Source of the DNA: a virus
Taxonomy: Duplodnaviria > Caudoviricetes
Reading direction: 5' to 3' (one strand)
Length of the DNA: 27,130 nucleotides
Virus record (IMG/VR): IMGVR_UViG_3300005512_000274
Span: 1 to 27,130 of that record
Positions 7,540-16,366 of this stretch are shown here, piece by piece; the first letter of the stretch is position 1, and every line of letters starts with the position of its first letter. The notes beneath the pieces were generated by a model. The model did not search any database. It worked only from the letters and a program-made list of their open reading frames with translations, and had not been told where the DNA came from. The translations under genes and the position numbers were made by a program.

Positions 7540-9225
7540 TTAGTGATTTAAAATTTCGTTCAATTTTTCAAAACGATCGCGTATGCTTACAATGTTAGTT
7601 GGCTGTTTTTGTACTTGTAGTGGCAAGCCCATGTTGCTGCGATATTGGTCATAATCGCGATTACAAATCAACTTCCAATCAAACACAGGCGTACTGCCAC
7701 GAACGGGGTCACGAAAACAACTAACCTGCACGGAGCTAATTTCACCATCATCAATATCAATATGATAGCGTTCAGCAAGTTCGTAATCAACCATATTACG
7801 CTTAAGATATTCTTCAAATTTCTTAGCAACATTCTTATCTTTCCAACTGGTGTTTTCAGTGTGTGTTCTAACCAAATCAGCAAGCCATTTCTTTGGCATA
7901 ACACCTTGACTTTTGTATACAGGGAGTATTTCGTCAAATGCGTGAGTAATATCGTCTTTTTGCACATCAAAGCGGTTGTGATAATCTTCACCATGCAATG
8001 CGTCCAGTTTAGTTCCTAAATGCTGTTGATGCCTAACGATCAACCCACTCAGCCAATCACTAACCTTTGCTCTGTCTTTTACTAAATCACGCCATATGCC
8101 ATCGACATACTCTTTAGGATTAGCAATGCCCCGACTGCGTGCTTCTTCAAGCATAACAGTTGATGTATAAATTACCGAATAGCGTCTATCTTCTGCACTA
8201 TCAGCACCGCCACTAAGTGTAACTACACCTTTTGGATTATTGCTTAAAAATAAGAAGTTATAATTCCGATCAGCTATTGTAGCATCAATGCCTTTGCGTT
8301 CTACACGCATGTCTTCTGAACCTGTGGCTTGCTTTAGTTTGCTTGCTTCAAGTTCGCGCTCTTCCGGTTCATCATAATACAGTATAAGTGCCATTTCCCA
8401 GTTTCCGTTGAATTTGTGTAATTCTTCTTTGTGGGCTTGCACTACACACATAGGTGTAAAGACGGTTTTTAGCAGCGTAATAAAAGTATTCTTACCTGTG
8501 CCACCAGCACCACCCCCTAGATCAATATTAGGGATAGCACTTGCTAATTCTGGTTGTATATACTTCATTAATACCCAACGCTCTAGGTGCTCGATATTTT
8601 CAGGCTTGCCGCCACCTAAACAATACATCAAAAAATCAAAGCGTTCATCATATTCCTGTGAGTCGCTTGGTTGCAACCAGTATTTTTTAATAATACTCAT
8701 CTTATTGTAGGAATTTCTTTCATTCCACTTATCAATATTAAAACTTGCTGTGGTATTCAAGTAAGAACGCTTTTGTTCAATGAATAAATCAATAATGCGA
8801 TCTTCATCAGCGCCTCTGAGTTTATGTCCGCATACAGTTTCAAACCATCTAACTATTTTTCTGCCAGTTGCTGTAAAATCTTTAAACAGTGCATTATTTT
8901 GTTTTGCACCAAAATCCTTACAGTAAATGATGCGCTGATCCTGCACCAAATAGCCCATGTCATGTGATTCCATGATTGCAGAAACTATTTTTTGATCTGC
9001 TGTCCAGTGCTTGCTGTTGCGTGCTGATTGTTCTGCCTCTTCTAAATCTCTGATGTCGCGCTCGAGATCGCGAATACGATCTTCTGTTTCATAAACGGCA
9101 CCTAGAATACGAGTGCGTTCTCTTTCATCAGCAGCACGGTTTAATTCGTCTTCTAATACAAGTTTGCGTGCTTCTTCTTCGCGGCAGCCTTGCCGCAGTT
9201 CATCAATTGATAATTTCTTTGCCAT
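7540..9225 (-). CDS. Superfamily 3 (D5/NrS-1-like) replicative helicase
   Basis: Walker A GGAGGTGKNT, Walker B LILYYDE, motif C FLFLSNN, DRRY arginine finger; N-terminal coiled coil. Confidence 0.85.
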   Translation of the reverse strand: MAKKLSIDELRQGCREEEARKLVLEDELNRAADERERTRILGAVYETEDRIRDLERDIRDLEEAEQSARNSKHWTADQKIVSAIMESHDMGYLVQDQRIIYCKDFGAKQNNALFKDFTATGRKIVRWFETVCGHKLRGADEDRIIDLFIEQKRSYLNTTASFNIDKWNERNSYNKMSIIKKYWLQPSDSQEYDERFDFLMYCLGGGKPENIEHLERWVLMKYIQPELASAIPNIDLGGGAGGTGKNTFITLLKTVFTPMCVVQAHKEELHKFNGNWEMALILYYDEPEERELEASKLKQATGSEDMRVERKGIDATIADRNYNFLFLSNNPKGVVTLSGGADSAEDRRYSVIYTSTVMLEEARSRGIANPKEYVDGIWRDLVKDRAKVSDWLSGLIVRHQQHLGTKLDALHGEDYHNRFDVQKDDITHAFDEILPVYKSQGVMPKKWLADLVRTHTENTSWKDKNVAKKFEEYLKRNMVDYELAERYHIDIDDGEISSVQVSCFRDPVRGSTPVFDWKLICNRDYDQYRSNMGLPLQVQKQPTNIVSIRDRFEKLNEILNH

Positions 9226-10150
9226 ACTGGTTTCCTTTATATTTTTTATATAATTTCTCTTGTAATCTTGCTAGTGATATTTCTTCGCGTGTTTGTGACA
9301 TAAAAATCTGTTCATCATTGTAGTGCTGTCTAAGCAAATAAATCACGCTGCCCATACTGATTGTGCCATCGCCTCGCTTCCACACCGCTTGTGCATCACT
9401 GGCAGTTTTTGTTGAACTTATTTGACTGGTAATGTATACAAAATCTTCCAATCTAAAACCACCTGTCTTTAATCCCCAACCAATGTTTCTCCAAGTTTCA
9501 TACATGCCCGAATAACGCAGATTCAAACCACTTAACAGTTTAACTATGTGACTTTTTTGTTCATCATTCATTTCTGTGTATTCTTGTGTGCTAGATTCTC
9601 GCATTTGTGATTCATCATACTCGTTTATTTCACGGATTAATGCTGCCACAATACTGTCAGGTAAAAACACACTTGCTCGTAGTTCTTTGATTTGACAATC
9701 CGGAGTACCATAAAAAATACGTGTGGGATCTTTACACACAGGATCGCCGCCAAACTCTTTATTCAATGCTCGCATCAGTTTACTTGCATCGGCACCTGAT
9801 TCAACAGCGGTTTCTGTTTGAAACAGAATTCTAAATTTGTGGAGTTCGGGTGTCCAACTGGGTGTAGCGTAAAATCCGCAAGCAAATTGATTATAAAACG
9901 CATTGTCAAACAACTCCGGTATAGTCATACCCGAGTCAATGTCCACCATAAACAACTGTCTGCTACAAAAGTGCATTGCACCACGCATGCCCGAACCATC
10001 CAAATAACAACTACTTACATAACCTTCTTCAGTTATTAGTTTAAAAACATCTTCAACTGAATCTACTTCAATGTTAGTCCATCCTGTGTATGGGAATGCT
10101 TCTCCGCGTAGCCATTTCCCACAAATCTCCGGGTGTATAGACAGTTTCAT
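9203..10150 (-). CDS. Archaeo-eukaryotic primase (prim-pol) with C-terminal PriCT-2-like domain
   Basis: LFMVDID (motif I), YATPS...HKFRILF, DPVCKDPTRIFYG, C-terminal YETWRNIGWGLK...W...ISMGSVIY. Confidence 0.75.
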   Translation of the reverse strand: MKLSIHPEICGKWLRGEAFPYTGWTNIEVDSVEDVFKLITEEGYVSSCYLDGSGMRGAMHFCSRQLFMVDIDSGMTIPELFDNAFYNQFACGFYATPSWTPELHKFRILFQTETAVESGADASKLMRALNKEFGGDPVCKDPTRIFYGTPDCQIKELRASVFLPDSIVAALIREINEYDESQMRESSTQEYTEMNDEQKSHIVKLLSGLNLRYSGMYETWRNIGWGLKTGGFRLEDFVYITSQISSTKTASDAQAVWKRGDGTISMGSVIYLLRQHYNDEQIFMSQTREEISLARLQEKLYKKYKGNQYGKEIIN

Positions 10151-10431
10151 ACTCTGTCTCCATATTTTAGTTTCATAACAAGTTCTTCGACGCTGGTTTT
10201 ATTCAGCATCATAGCCCAAGCGCGGATACTAATACACTCGCCAAAAAGATAAAAACCAACTCTGCCATTAATTTTGTTAATGTAAGCCGGCCCATCTTCT
10301 CTGTGTAAAACTTTTTGTTTAATCCAATATGTGTATTCTGTTGTTTCATTTTTCCCATCCTCGGATGTAATAGCATCTCTATAAATTAATATAGGCACCA
10401 ACAATTGTCTAACCGATTCAGCATTAGTCAT
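10147..10431 (-). CDS. Hypothetical protein with a single LHREDGPA motif
   Basis: VLHREDGPAYI...FYLFG; coupled by overlaps to both neighbours. Confidence 0.7.
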   Translation of the reverse strand: MTNAESVRQLLVPILIYRDAITSEDGKNETTEYTYWIKQKVLHREDGPAYINKINGRVGFYLFGECISIRAWAMMLNKTSVEELVMKLKYGDRV

Positions 10432-11086
10432 AGTTGGCCTCCACTTCGCGTTCTAAATCTGCTAATTCATCACGCAATTGACGAACAAAACCCTGTCTGT
10501 TCGCATCATTTTCAAAATCTAAAATTAGGGCACGCAACTGCTTGATTTTATTATGGTTTTTTTGCTGTTTTTTCGCTTTTTCGTCTTTTTGCGCCTTTTT
10601 AATAGGTTCTAGTGTCTTACTAACAAAACGACGCAAATCGTTCTGTTTTCGCACTTTTTCCATTTCTAGTTCACTTTGCCATTCACGATATTTGCGGTAA
10701 CTGGTAAATCCGTGAGCACTCATATCAGCTGCTTGTGCTTGTTTTGCAGCCAACCAATGATGATCGCCTTTGCGCATATTCATAAGATTAACGCCATCTA
10801 AAATACAACGCATAATATGTTCATCTTCCTGATCTTTTGGACCTTCAGCACCATACTCAGCCACCGAAAATAATCGCCATTCAACACTTTCGGCGTCTAG
10901 TCTACGAATAAAGTCATATACCACACGTGTGTTGTCAAATTTTGATAGTGCGCGATGTTCAGTTTCTCTGCGTTCTGGTCTGGAAGTTTCGCCCACATAA
11001 AATGGATGCCATTCATCATTGATACAAGCACGCAATTCATATATAATGCCTGGTTCAAACGAATGGTCTTCAAGTCTTTTTGCCAT
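10424..11086 (-). CDS. GIY-YIG family endonuclease with C-terminal basic coiled coil
   Basis: GIIYEL...FYVGET..PERR..EH...E.EHI...NLMN; AAGGAG RBS. Confidence 0.75.
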   Translation of the reverse strand: MAKRLEDHSFEPGIIYELRACINDEWHPFYVGETSRPERRETEHRALSKFDNTRVVYDFIRRLDAESVEWRLFSVAEYGAEGPKDQEDEHIMRCILDGVNLMNMRKGDHHWLAAKQAQAADMSAHGFTSYRKYREWQSELEMEKVRKQNDLRRFVSKTLEPIKKAQKDEKAKKQQKNHNKIKQLRALILDFENDANRQGFVRQLRDELADLEREVEANYD

Positions 11087-11108
11087 TATATTCTCCTTGT
11101 TATACAGT

Positions 11109-11116
11109 TATTTATA
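11109..11116 (-). promoter_or_regulatory. Perfect T4-type late promoter consensus TATAAATA
   Basis: TATAAATA actgt A taacAAGGAGaatataATG. Confidence 0.65.
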
Positions 11117-11118
11117 GC

Positions 11119-11147
11119 ATTATACATAATTAGTGTATTTTTCGCAA
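11119..11147 (-). promoter_or_regulatory. Sigma70-type promoter for the replication operon
   Basis: TTGCGA-17 bp-TATAAT. Confidence 0.8.
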
Positions 11148-11158
11148 CCTTTTTAGCC

Positions 11159-11196
11159 AAAAAAAAGACCCTGCACAAAGGACTTGGAACAGGGTC
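11159..11196 (-). terminator. Intrinsic terminator of small RNA 2
   Basis: GACCCTG/CAGGGTC stem followed by T8. Confidence 0.8.
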
Positions 11197-11264
11197 AAAA
11201 GAACCAGCACTCGCTGGCATTTTTCTACCAAATAAAGGTAAACTATGTACTTGCATTCGCAAGC
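11159..11264 (-). ncRNA. Putative ~106-nt four-hairpin small RNA (sRNA2)
   Basis: TAAATA at 11270-11275, predicted +1 G at 11264 starts hairpin 1, ends in a terminator; no credible ORF. Confidence 0.6.
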
Positions 11265-11269
11265 ATGAA

Positions 11270-11275
11270 TATTTA
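11270..11275 (-). promoter_or_regulatory. Candidate TAAATA promoter of sRNA2
   Basis: aaTAAATA ttcat G, 5 nt after the preceding terminator. Confidence 0.6.
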
Positions 11276-11280
11276 TTATT

Positions 11281-11311
11281 AAAAAACCCCCTTGATGTAA
11301 TCTCGGGGGTT
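11281..11311 (-). terminator. Intrinsic terminator of small RNA 1
   Basis: AACCCCC/GGGGGTT stem with T6 tail. Confidence 0.8.
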
Positions 11312-11472
11312 AAAAATGTCACAATTTTTAATACACATATAAAGCCTACTCTATTGGAGTGAGTAGAATGTAGCAGATAACTGATAGGTAACAAATTAAG
11401 AGAATTACGAAAGTATGGCAAGTTTCGTGGTTGCTGCCCTATCCGCAGCGGGGATATATGCTATCCTGCTAC
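11281..11472 (-). ncRNA. Putative ~190-nt structured small RNA (sRNA1)
   Basis: TAAATA at 11478-11483; long-range stem 11367-11381 with 11460-11475, nested inner stems, two further hairpins, terminator. Confidence 0.6.
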
Positions 11473-11477
11473 ATTTT

Positions 11478-11483
11478 TATTTA
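11478..11483 (-). promoter_or_regulatory. Candidate TAAATA promoter of sRNA1
   Basis: acTAAATA aaaat G. Confidence 0.6.
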
Positions 11484-11513
11484 GTCTATTTTGCCTACGA
11501 ACCCTATTTTGCG

Positions 11514-11519
11514 TAAATA
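11514..11519 (+). promoter_or_regulatory. Candidate TAAATA promoter for the only plus-strand gene
   Basis: ttttgcgTAAATA ttcgc A ctATG; divergent from the 11478 box. Confidence 0.6.
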
Positions 11520-11527
11520 TTCGCACT

Positions 11528-11731
11528 ATGTTAGATAAAAAATACACTTGTGCTGAATGCGGTGCTGTTAAAAACGAACAACCCACTAAAGAATATCGCA
11601 GACTATTTAATAACAATGCCTGGACACCGCGATGCACTCAGTGTGTGCGCAGACCTGTTGATGGCCGATGGCTATTGCCCAGCGAAATAGTTAAACTGAA
11701 TCAGCAGATATGCGAGTCATCACAGGCATAA
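11528..11731 (+). CDS. Small C2C2 zinc-ribbon protein
   Basis: CAEC...CTQC; fills the gap and converges on 11739; no Shine-Dalgarno (near leaderless). Confidence 0.7.
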   Translation: MLDKKYTCAECGAVKNEQPTKEYRRLFNNNAWTPRCTQCVRRPVDGRWLLPSEIVKLNQQICESSQA

Positions 11732-11738
11732 AATATTC

Positions 11739-12188
11739 TTATGATGCGCTGATCACAGCACCTAAACTGATGCGATCCCACAAATATTTTGCATTGCCAC
11801 TATCGTAAATACCTTGACTAACAGCAATACAAGCACTACCTGCATCACCATCGGAACAATATGCAATGGTTCCTGCTGGATAATCCAGTGCTTCAAGTTC
11901 TGCAACTGTTAAATCATTTAATGCTAAACAATCTTGAATAACAACTAATCCAGTAGCAGGCTGCATAATAATATTGTTTGTGCCGCCACTGGTAAAAGTA
12001 GTAGGCATATTCAATTGCGGAACCTGTTGATTACTATCAAGCGGGCACAATCCATCTGCTGTGTCTCTGCTATCAATTAATTCTCCTAACCGAACTAATG
12101 CATTGTATAGTTCTGCTCTTGCTAGACCAATGCTATCTGTAGGACTGTCTAGATGCGTAGTAGTAATATCGTTTGTTGGGTAACTCAT
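11739..12188 (-). CDS. Tail-tip/fibre-associated protein
   Basis: Last gene of the tail operon; AAGGA RBS; N-terminus paralogous to 2352-2657; GTIAYCSDG fibre-like motif. Confidence 0.65.
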   Translation of the reverse strand: MSYPTNDITTTHLDSPTDSIGLARAELYNALVRLGELIDSRDTADGLCPLDSNQQVPQLNMPTTFTSGGTNNIIMQPATGLVVIQDCLALNDLTVAELEALDYPAGTIAYCSDGDAGSACIAVSQGIYDSGNAKYLWDRISLGAVISAS

Positions 12189-12197
12189 TTTAATTCC

Positions 12198-15095
12198 TTA
12201 TTGGTCGATTAATTTATATATCGTAGTATAATTTCCGTTTGAATCTCTTATTGAGTATACCATTGGAATACCAATAATTGTTACGTCAATAATTGCATCA
12301 GTGCTGGTATTTGTTGCAACATCAACTACATTAACAGTTCCGGTGTTGTTGTTGTTTATAACACGCCCAACAACATTTTTTGTTTCGGCAACATTCGCAG
12401 TAATAATAACATTATCTGTTGATATTAACGAATTTGTGAATAATACGCCAGTATTGTCTCTAAGATATGATCGAATATCAAGTACTCGCGCACCCACTGA
12501 TCCTGATAGCGTGCTAGTATCAATGCCTTGTACTGTTTTGCTCCAAGTTTTATAAACATCAAGCTCATATCCACGTAAACAAAGTTGGTCGCACCCGCTG
12601 GTATTCGCTCCGTATACGTAAAAGTATGGTAATGCATAACAATCTACTTCAAATGGCCCAACTTTGGGCGATGGTGTTGCTACGTTTGATGAAATAAAAG
12701 TTGGTGGTGCATATGTTGCTCTTAAACTATTATCGCTAACACGATACACTTTCCAGCCGATACTTGCTCTTGCAAATGGATTTCCGCTACTGGTGTCATT
12801 ATCTTCGTAACCAACAACACGAGCATCAATTGATCCGGAGACAGTAAATGATTCATTTGCTTTAATGTAAATGCGTTGATTACTTGAAGTTTCTTCGTAA
12901 TACGCATCAACATTTACACCCAAGCATCCAGTTAATGGATGTTCCGAAATCCACGATCTTTCATATGGGGCGCCTTCGTCTTCCCATGCATCCCAACTAT
13001 CGTATAAATCATGTGCTGGATCTGATCCTAAAGAACATCCAATACCCGATTCCGGCGGAACAGTCAGTTGACACCATTTTAACCCGCCATCTTCAACTAA
13101 ATTAGTTGCGCCGGACGAATCAATAATTTGCCCAAATGGAGTTGTGTTATTGATGTCAAACTCTTTTCGTATTGATGTGTACCCATCAGCATAAGGAATA
13201 TAAACTGTAGCAGAAACGCTATTTCCGACGGTGCCGAGATCGCTTACTACTGTGAGTTCAACAGTATATGTGAGCCCGGATTTTAAAAACCCGCCACTCA
13301 GTTTGAATTCACCATACGGCGCAGTAGTTGATGGGTATATGTGAGTTTCGCGATTTGGCGATGTTACGGTGAATAATATATGGTTAATATTAGGTTCAAA
13401 TAATTCATCAAATCTAATACGAATTGTAGGTAGCCAATTACCATTAACATCTTTTCGAAACATAGAAGTATTTGAATCTACAACTAAATTTGTGATTGTC
13501 GGAACACGATAGTTAGGAATAAATTCATCAATCTGAGTATTATTAATGCCTAATCCAGCCGGCATTAATAAACGAGTCTTTTTAAAATCAATGTTTTGTT
13601 CGCTAACAATACGTTTTATATCAGCAACTGGAAATGCTGTGTATAGAGTTGTGTCGCCCAAATATTGTTTTGCTGTAATATCTATGGTCATGTCGCTGTT
13701 GCGCTGCATATTAATTACAATAAATTGATCGTCAGATAAATTTGCTGGAGCATAAGTTACGCGGATAATATCATAGACACGAATATTTGCAAATTCCGGC
13801 GACAACGACAAATTAATGGTATTTCCAATTCTTGCTTCATAATATTTAAAATCCATGTTTGGATCTGATGCATTAACAGTAAATCGTTTGATATTATCAA
13901 TTTTAGGCGTAGGTCTATTCTGTGCGCCTAATGATTGTTGTAAAATATGATTTATAGAATTTGGGTTTGACGGAACAGATCTCTCTCTAGTTTCAGTATC
14001 AAAAAATGAATAAACATATTGATAAGGTAATTCTGAATTTGGGGTAGTATTAAATGATACGCCGCCAATAATATTCTTTTGATCAACTGTATGTGTTGAT
14101 ATATCAGCATATCCAAGCCACGTATTAAGGCTATAAGTATAGCTTGAATTTGTTGCTGTTGTATAATAGATTGCATTTGGGTCTAGTCGCAACACAAATT
14201 TTCCATTTTCGTATATTAACGCACATGAATTATGCAATAATAAATTTCTTAAATTAGTTGCTATTGATTGGTCGGTGTTAATTACATATGGAGTCCCATA
14301 TCTGATTGATTTTACCGCATTATACATTGTAGCAATAGATATAAACGATGGGTTATCGATATCATCTGCATTTAACCCTGCACCATATGTTGGGTTTAGC
14401 AAATAATCATATATTGCTTGAATATTTGGGCAACTCCTCAAAACTGCACTGGAACGATCTATGTGTGAATAATCACTAGCAGTGACGAAAAATTCAAAGT
14501 TAGGTTTTTGATAATATTCTCTGCTGAAGCCAGTTTTACGCGGATATTCCGCTCTAAACTTAATAACTTCCAACCCCGGATATAAATTTTTATCAGGGTG
14601 CCAACTCGGCGTCGATGCTGCTCTTGCAGCGGTAGATTCACCATACTGCATTGGTTTCATTCGATGGAATAACCAATTATAAGTGTTGTTATCGCTGTCT
14701 TTAAACAAGTTAAATGTGTAGTCACCCCAGCGGGTATGATCATTCCAAATTGCAATATGTGCTTCTTGTAAGAATTGAAATGTAGTTTTTACTCGAATAT
14801 AATTTAAACTATTCATCGACAAAACATATGTTACATATAGATATCTATTGTTGTCGCCTCCAGTACTTACATATGCTTCAATAGCACCAAGTTTTTGCTG
14901 ATTTAAACTACCTCCGGTTTTACCTTGATATAACAAAGGCAAGCTATAATCGCCACCACGCCGATTAACCGTTGTTGAATATGCGGTGTTATCAACCTTA
15001 GGTTGTTCAGGTTGCGGGACATCAGGAACAAATAAATCAACCACCCAATCGATTGCTTTTTTGAATGGCTTAGTAATAAAGCTAAAAAAACCCAT
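12198..15095 (-). CDS. Central tail tip/host-specificity protein (lambda gpJ-like)
   Basis: 965 aa after Dit and hub genes; LPLLY, IYDYLLNPTYGAGL..DID, LIYENGKFVL, I.VYDIIRVT motifs; FN3-like segment. Confidence 0.8.
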   Translation of the reverse strand: MGFFSFITKPFKKAIDWVVDLFVPDVPQPEQPKVDNTAYSTTVNRRGGDYSLPLLYQGKTGGSLNQQKLGAIEAYVSTGGDNNRYLYVTYVLSMNSLNYIRVKTTFQFLQEAHIAIWNDHTRWGDYTFNLFKDSDNNTYNWLFHRMKPMQYGESTAARAASTPSWHPDKNLYPGLEVIKFRAEYPRKTGFSREYYQKPNFEFFVTASDYSHIDRSSAVLRSCPNIQAIYDYLLNPTYGAGLNADDIDNPSFISIATMYNAVKSIRYGTPYVINTDQSIATNLRNLLLHNSCALIYENGKFVLRLDPNAIYYTTATNSSYTYSLNTWLGYADISTHTVDQKNIIGGVSFNTTPNSELPYQYVYSFFDTETRERSVPSNPNSINHILQQSLGAQNRPTPKIDNIKRFTVNASDPNMDFKYYEARIGNTINLSLSPEFANIRVYDIIRVTYAPANLSDDQFIVINMQRNSDMTIDITAKQYLGDTTLYTAFPVADIKRIVSEQNIDFKKTRLLMPAGLGINNTQIDEFIPNYRVPTITNLVVDSNTSMFRKDVNGNWLPTIRIRFDELFEPNINHILFTVTSPNRETHIYPSTTAPYGEFKLSGGFLKSGLTYTVELTVVSDLGTVGNSVSATVYIPYADGYTSIRKEFDINNTTPFGQIIDSSGATNLVEDGGLKWCQLTVPPESGIGCSLGSDPAHDLYDSWDAWEDEGAPYERSWISEHPLTGCLGVNVDAYYEETSSNQRIYIKANESFTVSGSIDARVVGYEDNDTSSGNPFARASIGWKVYRVSDNSLRATYAPPTFISSNVATPSPKVGPFEVDCYALPYFYVYGANTSGCDQLCLRGYELDVYKTWSKTVQGIDTSTLSGSVGARVLDIRSYLRDNTGVLFTNSLISTDNVIITANVAETKNVVGRVINNNNTGTVNVVDVATNTSTDAIIDVTIIGIPMVYSIRDSNGNYTTIYKLIDQ

Positions 15096-15098
15096 ATA

Positions 15099-15713
15099 TT
15101 ATCCTTGTAATCCTTTCTGTGGTCCCCAAAGTATTTCTGTTTTATTATCAATATTAGCAAATTCTGTGCCATATGATAGGCCTAGCCGATTCTTCACCCA
15201 ATTACTATAACTTTCTGCATTACTTTTAACAGCTTTAACCTGTGAAAAATTATAAAGTGTGTGTGTGCCTTGAAGTGTCAAAGAACTTCCAGTTGGTTGA
15301 CTTACATAACCACCTGATTCAATAATTCCTTTATAAACAATAACTGCATTTCCTTGTTGCACCATATCTTCATTTAAAATTACTTTGCGGAGAGTAAATT
15401 CGGCACCCACATGCCGTCCGCCCTGCACTATTTGTATTAATGCTTGACTCAATCCAGTAAATTTAAATGTAATAGATTTGCGATTTAGATTGTAATCAGT
15501 TGATGTAGTAACTAGTTCTGCGGTAAATCCGCCTGTGTGTAATACATCGACACCATCAATTCCTACATTTACATCGCGAGTAGAACTTATAAATCTAAAT
15601 CTATCTGTCCATGACTGGAGAGCTGGATCCCAAAATGTAATATCAATAGCATCAAGTATATGGAATGTTCTTGATGCTAGTTGTGTTAAGCTAGCAATAT
15701 CAAACAGCGCCAT
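15099..15713 (-). CDS. Tail tip/baseplate hub protein (gpL-like position)
   Basis: Synteny between Dit and gpJ-like genes; VYKGII and C-terminal ILWG motifs. Confidence 0.6.
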   Translation of the reverse strand: MALFDIASLTQLASRTFHILDAIDITFWDPALQSWTDRFRFISSTRDVNVGIDGVDVLHTGGFTAELVTTSTDYNLNRKSITFKFTGLSQALIQIVQGGRHVGAEFTLRKVILNEDMVQQGNAVIVYKGIIESGGYVSQPTGSSLTLQGTHTLYNFSQVKAVKSNAESYSNWVKNRLGLSYGTEFANIDNKTEILWGPQKGLQG

Positions 15714-15714
15714 G

Positions 15715-16365
15715 TTAAATATCTTCTCTTAGATTTAACGATAATTCAACAAATCCTTTAAGTCCTGTTTCGTACATCATTGCCTCGGTATTTTGAAATA
15801 CTGTCATTTCAACATTATTTACATTAATTAATACCCCGCCAGTCGGAACATCTTGTGTCAAAGGAGGTGTAATTTTAAAAGAACCAATTCCAGCACTATT
15901 TGGATTTGAAACTATTTCAGTAATCATATACACTTTTAAATGATTAGCAAAAGTTATATAATCACCCGGCTGAAACATATTTCCGTCAGTTAGCGGATTA
16001 TAATATGTAGGTGTCCAATCACTATCATACTCAATAGTGCTATCTCCAGCAGAATGTGCGCCACTGCCATAGATATCATCATTTGCTGGTCTAGGCGATA
16101 ATGTATTATAAACACCGTTTGTGTTACTATACGGTCCAAGTGGACATTTAAATTCTGTTAATCTGCCTTTTTGTGCTTCTAGGAAAGCAACAACCTGAGC
16201 TGCTTCACCGCGTGTCATTGGTGGATAACTCAATTGAATTTCAAAATATTGATCACCGTAATTTAATCTATAAACACGACCGCTGTCAGTAGCAGAAGTT
16301 GTGCCGGGATATACACTTTTTATGGTAATTGATGCAAAATCATTTGGCGTCGGTAATGTTGCCAT
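15715..16365 (-). CDS. Distal tail protein (Dit-like)
   Basis: Follows TMP; SGR, LSYPPMTR.EA...AFL...GR, GDYITF.NH.KVYM, ITPPL motifs. Confidence 0.7.
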   Translation of the reverse strand: MATLPTPNDFASITIKSVYPGTTSATDSGRVYRLNYGDQYFEIQLSYPPMTRGEAAQVVAFLEAQKGRLTEFKCPLGPYSNTNGVYNTLSPRPANDDIYGSGAHSAGDSTIEYDSDWTPTYYNPLTDGNMFQPGDYITFANHLKVYMITEIVSNPNSAGIGSFKITPPLTQDVPTGGVLINVNNVEMTVFQNTEAMMYETGLKGFVELSLNLREDI

Positions 16366-16366
16366 C

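Noticed and set aside
11279-11338. 19-aa ORF MCIKNCDIFNPRDYIKGVF in sRNA1 as a type I toxin
   Set aside because: Weak RBS, not hydrophobic, overlaps the terminator stem; not fully excluded
10955-11421. Track ORFs 10955..11362(+) and 11086..11421(-)
   Set aside because: No RBS; they run through promoters and terminators, and one is antisense to the GIY-YIG gene
11380-11430. Hammerhead ribozyme (CTGATAG and CGAAA words)
   Set aside because: Core CUGANGA is not matched on either strand and the required stems are not arranged correctly
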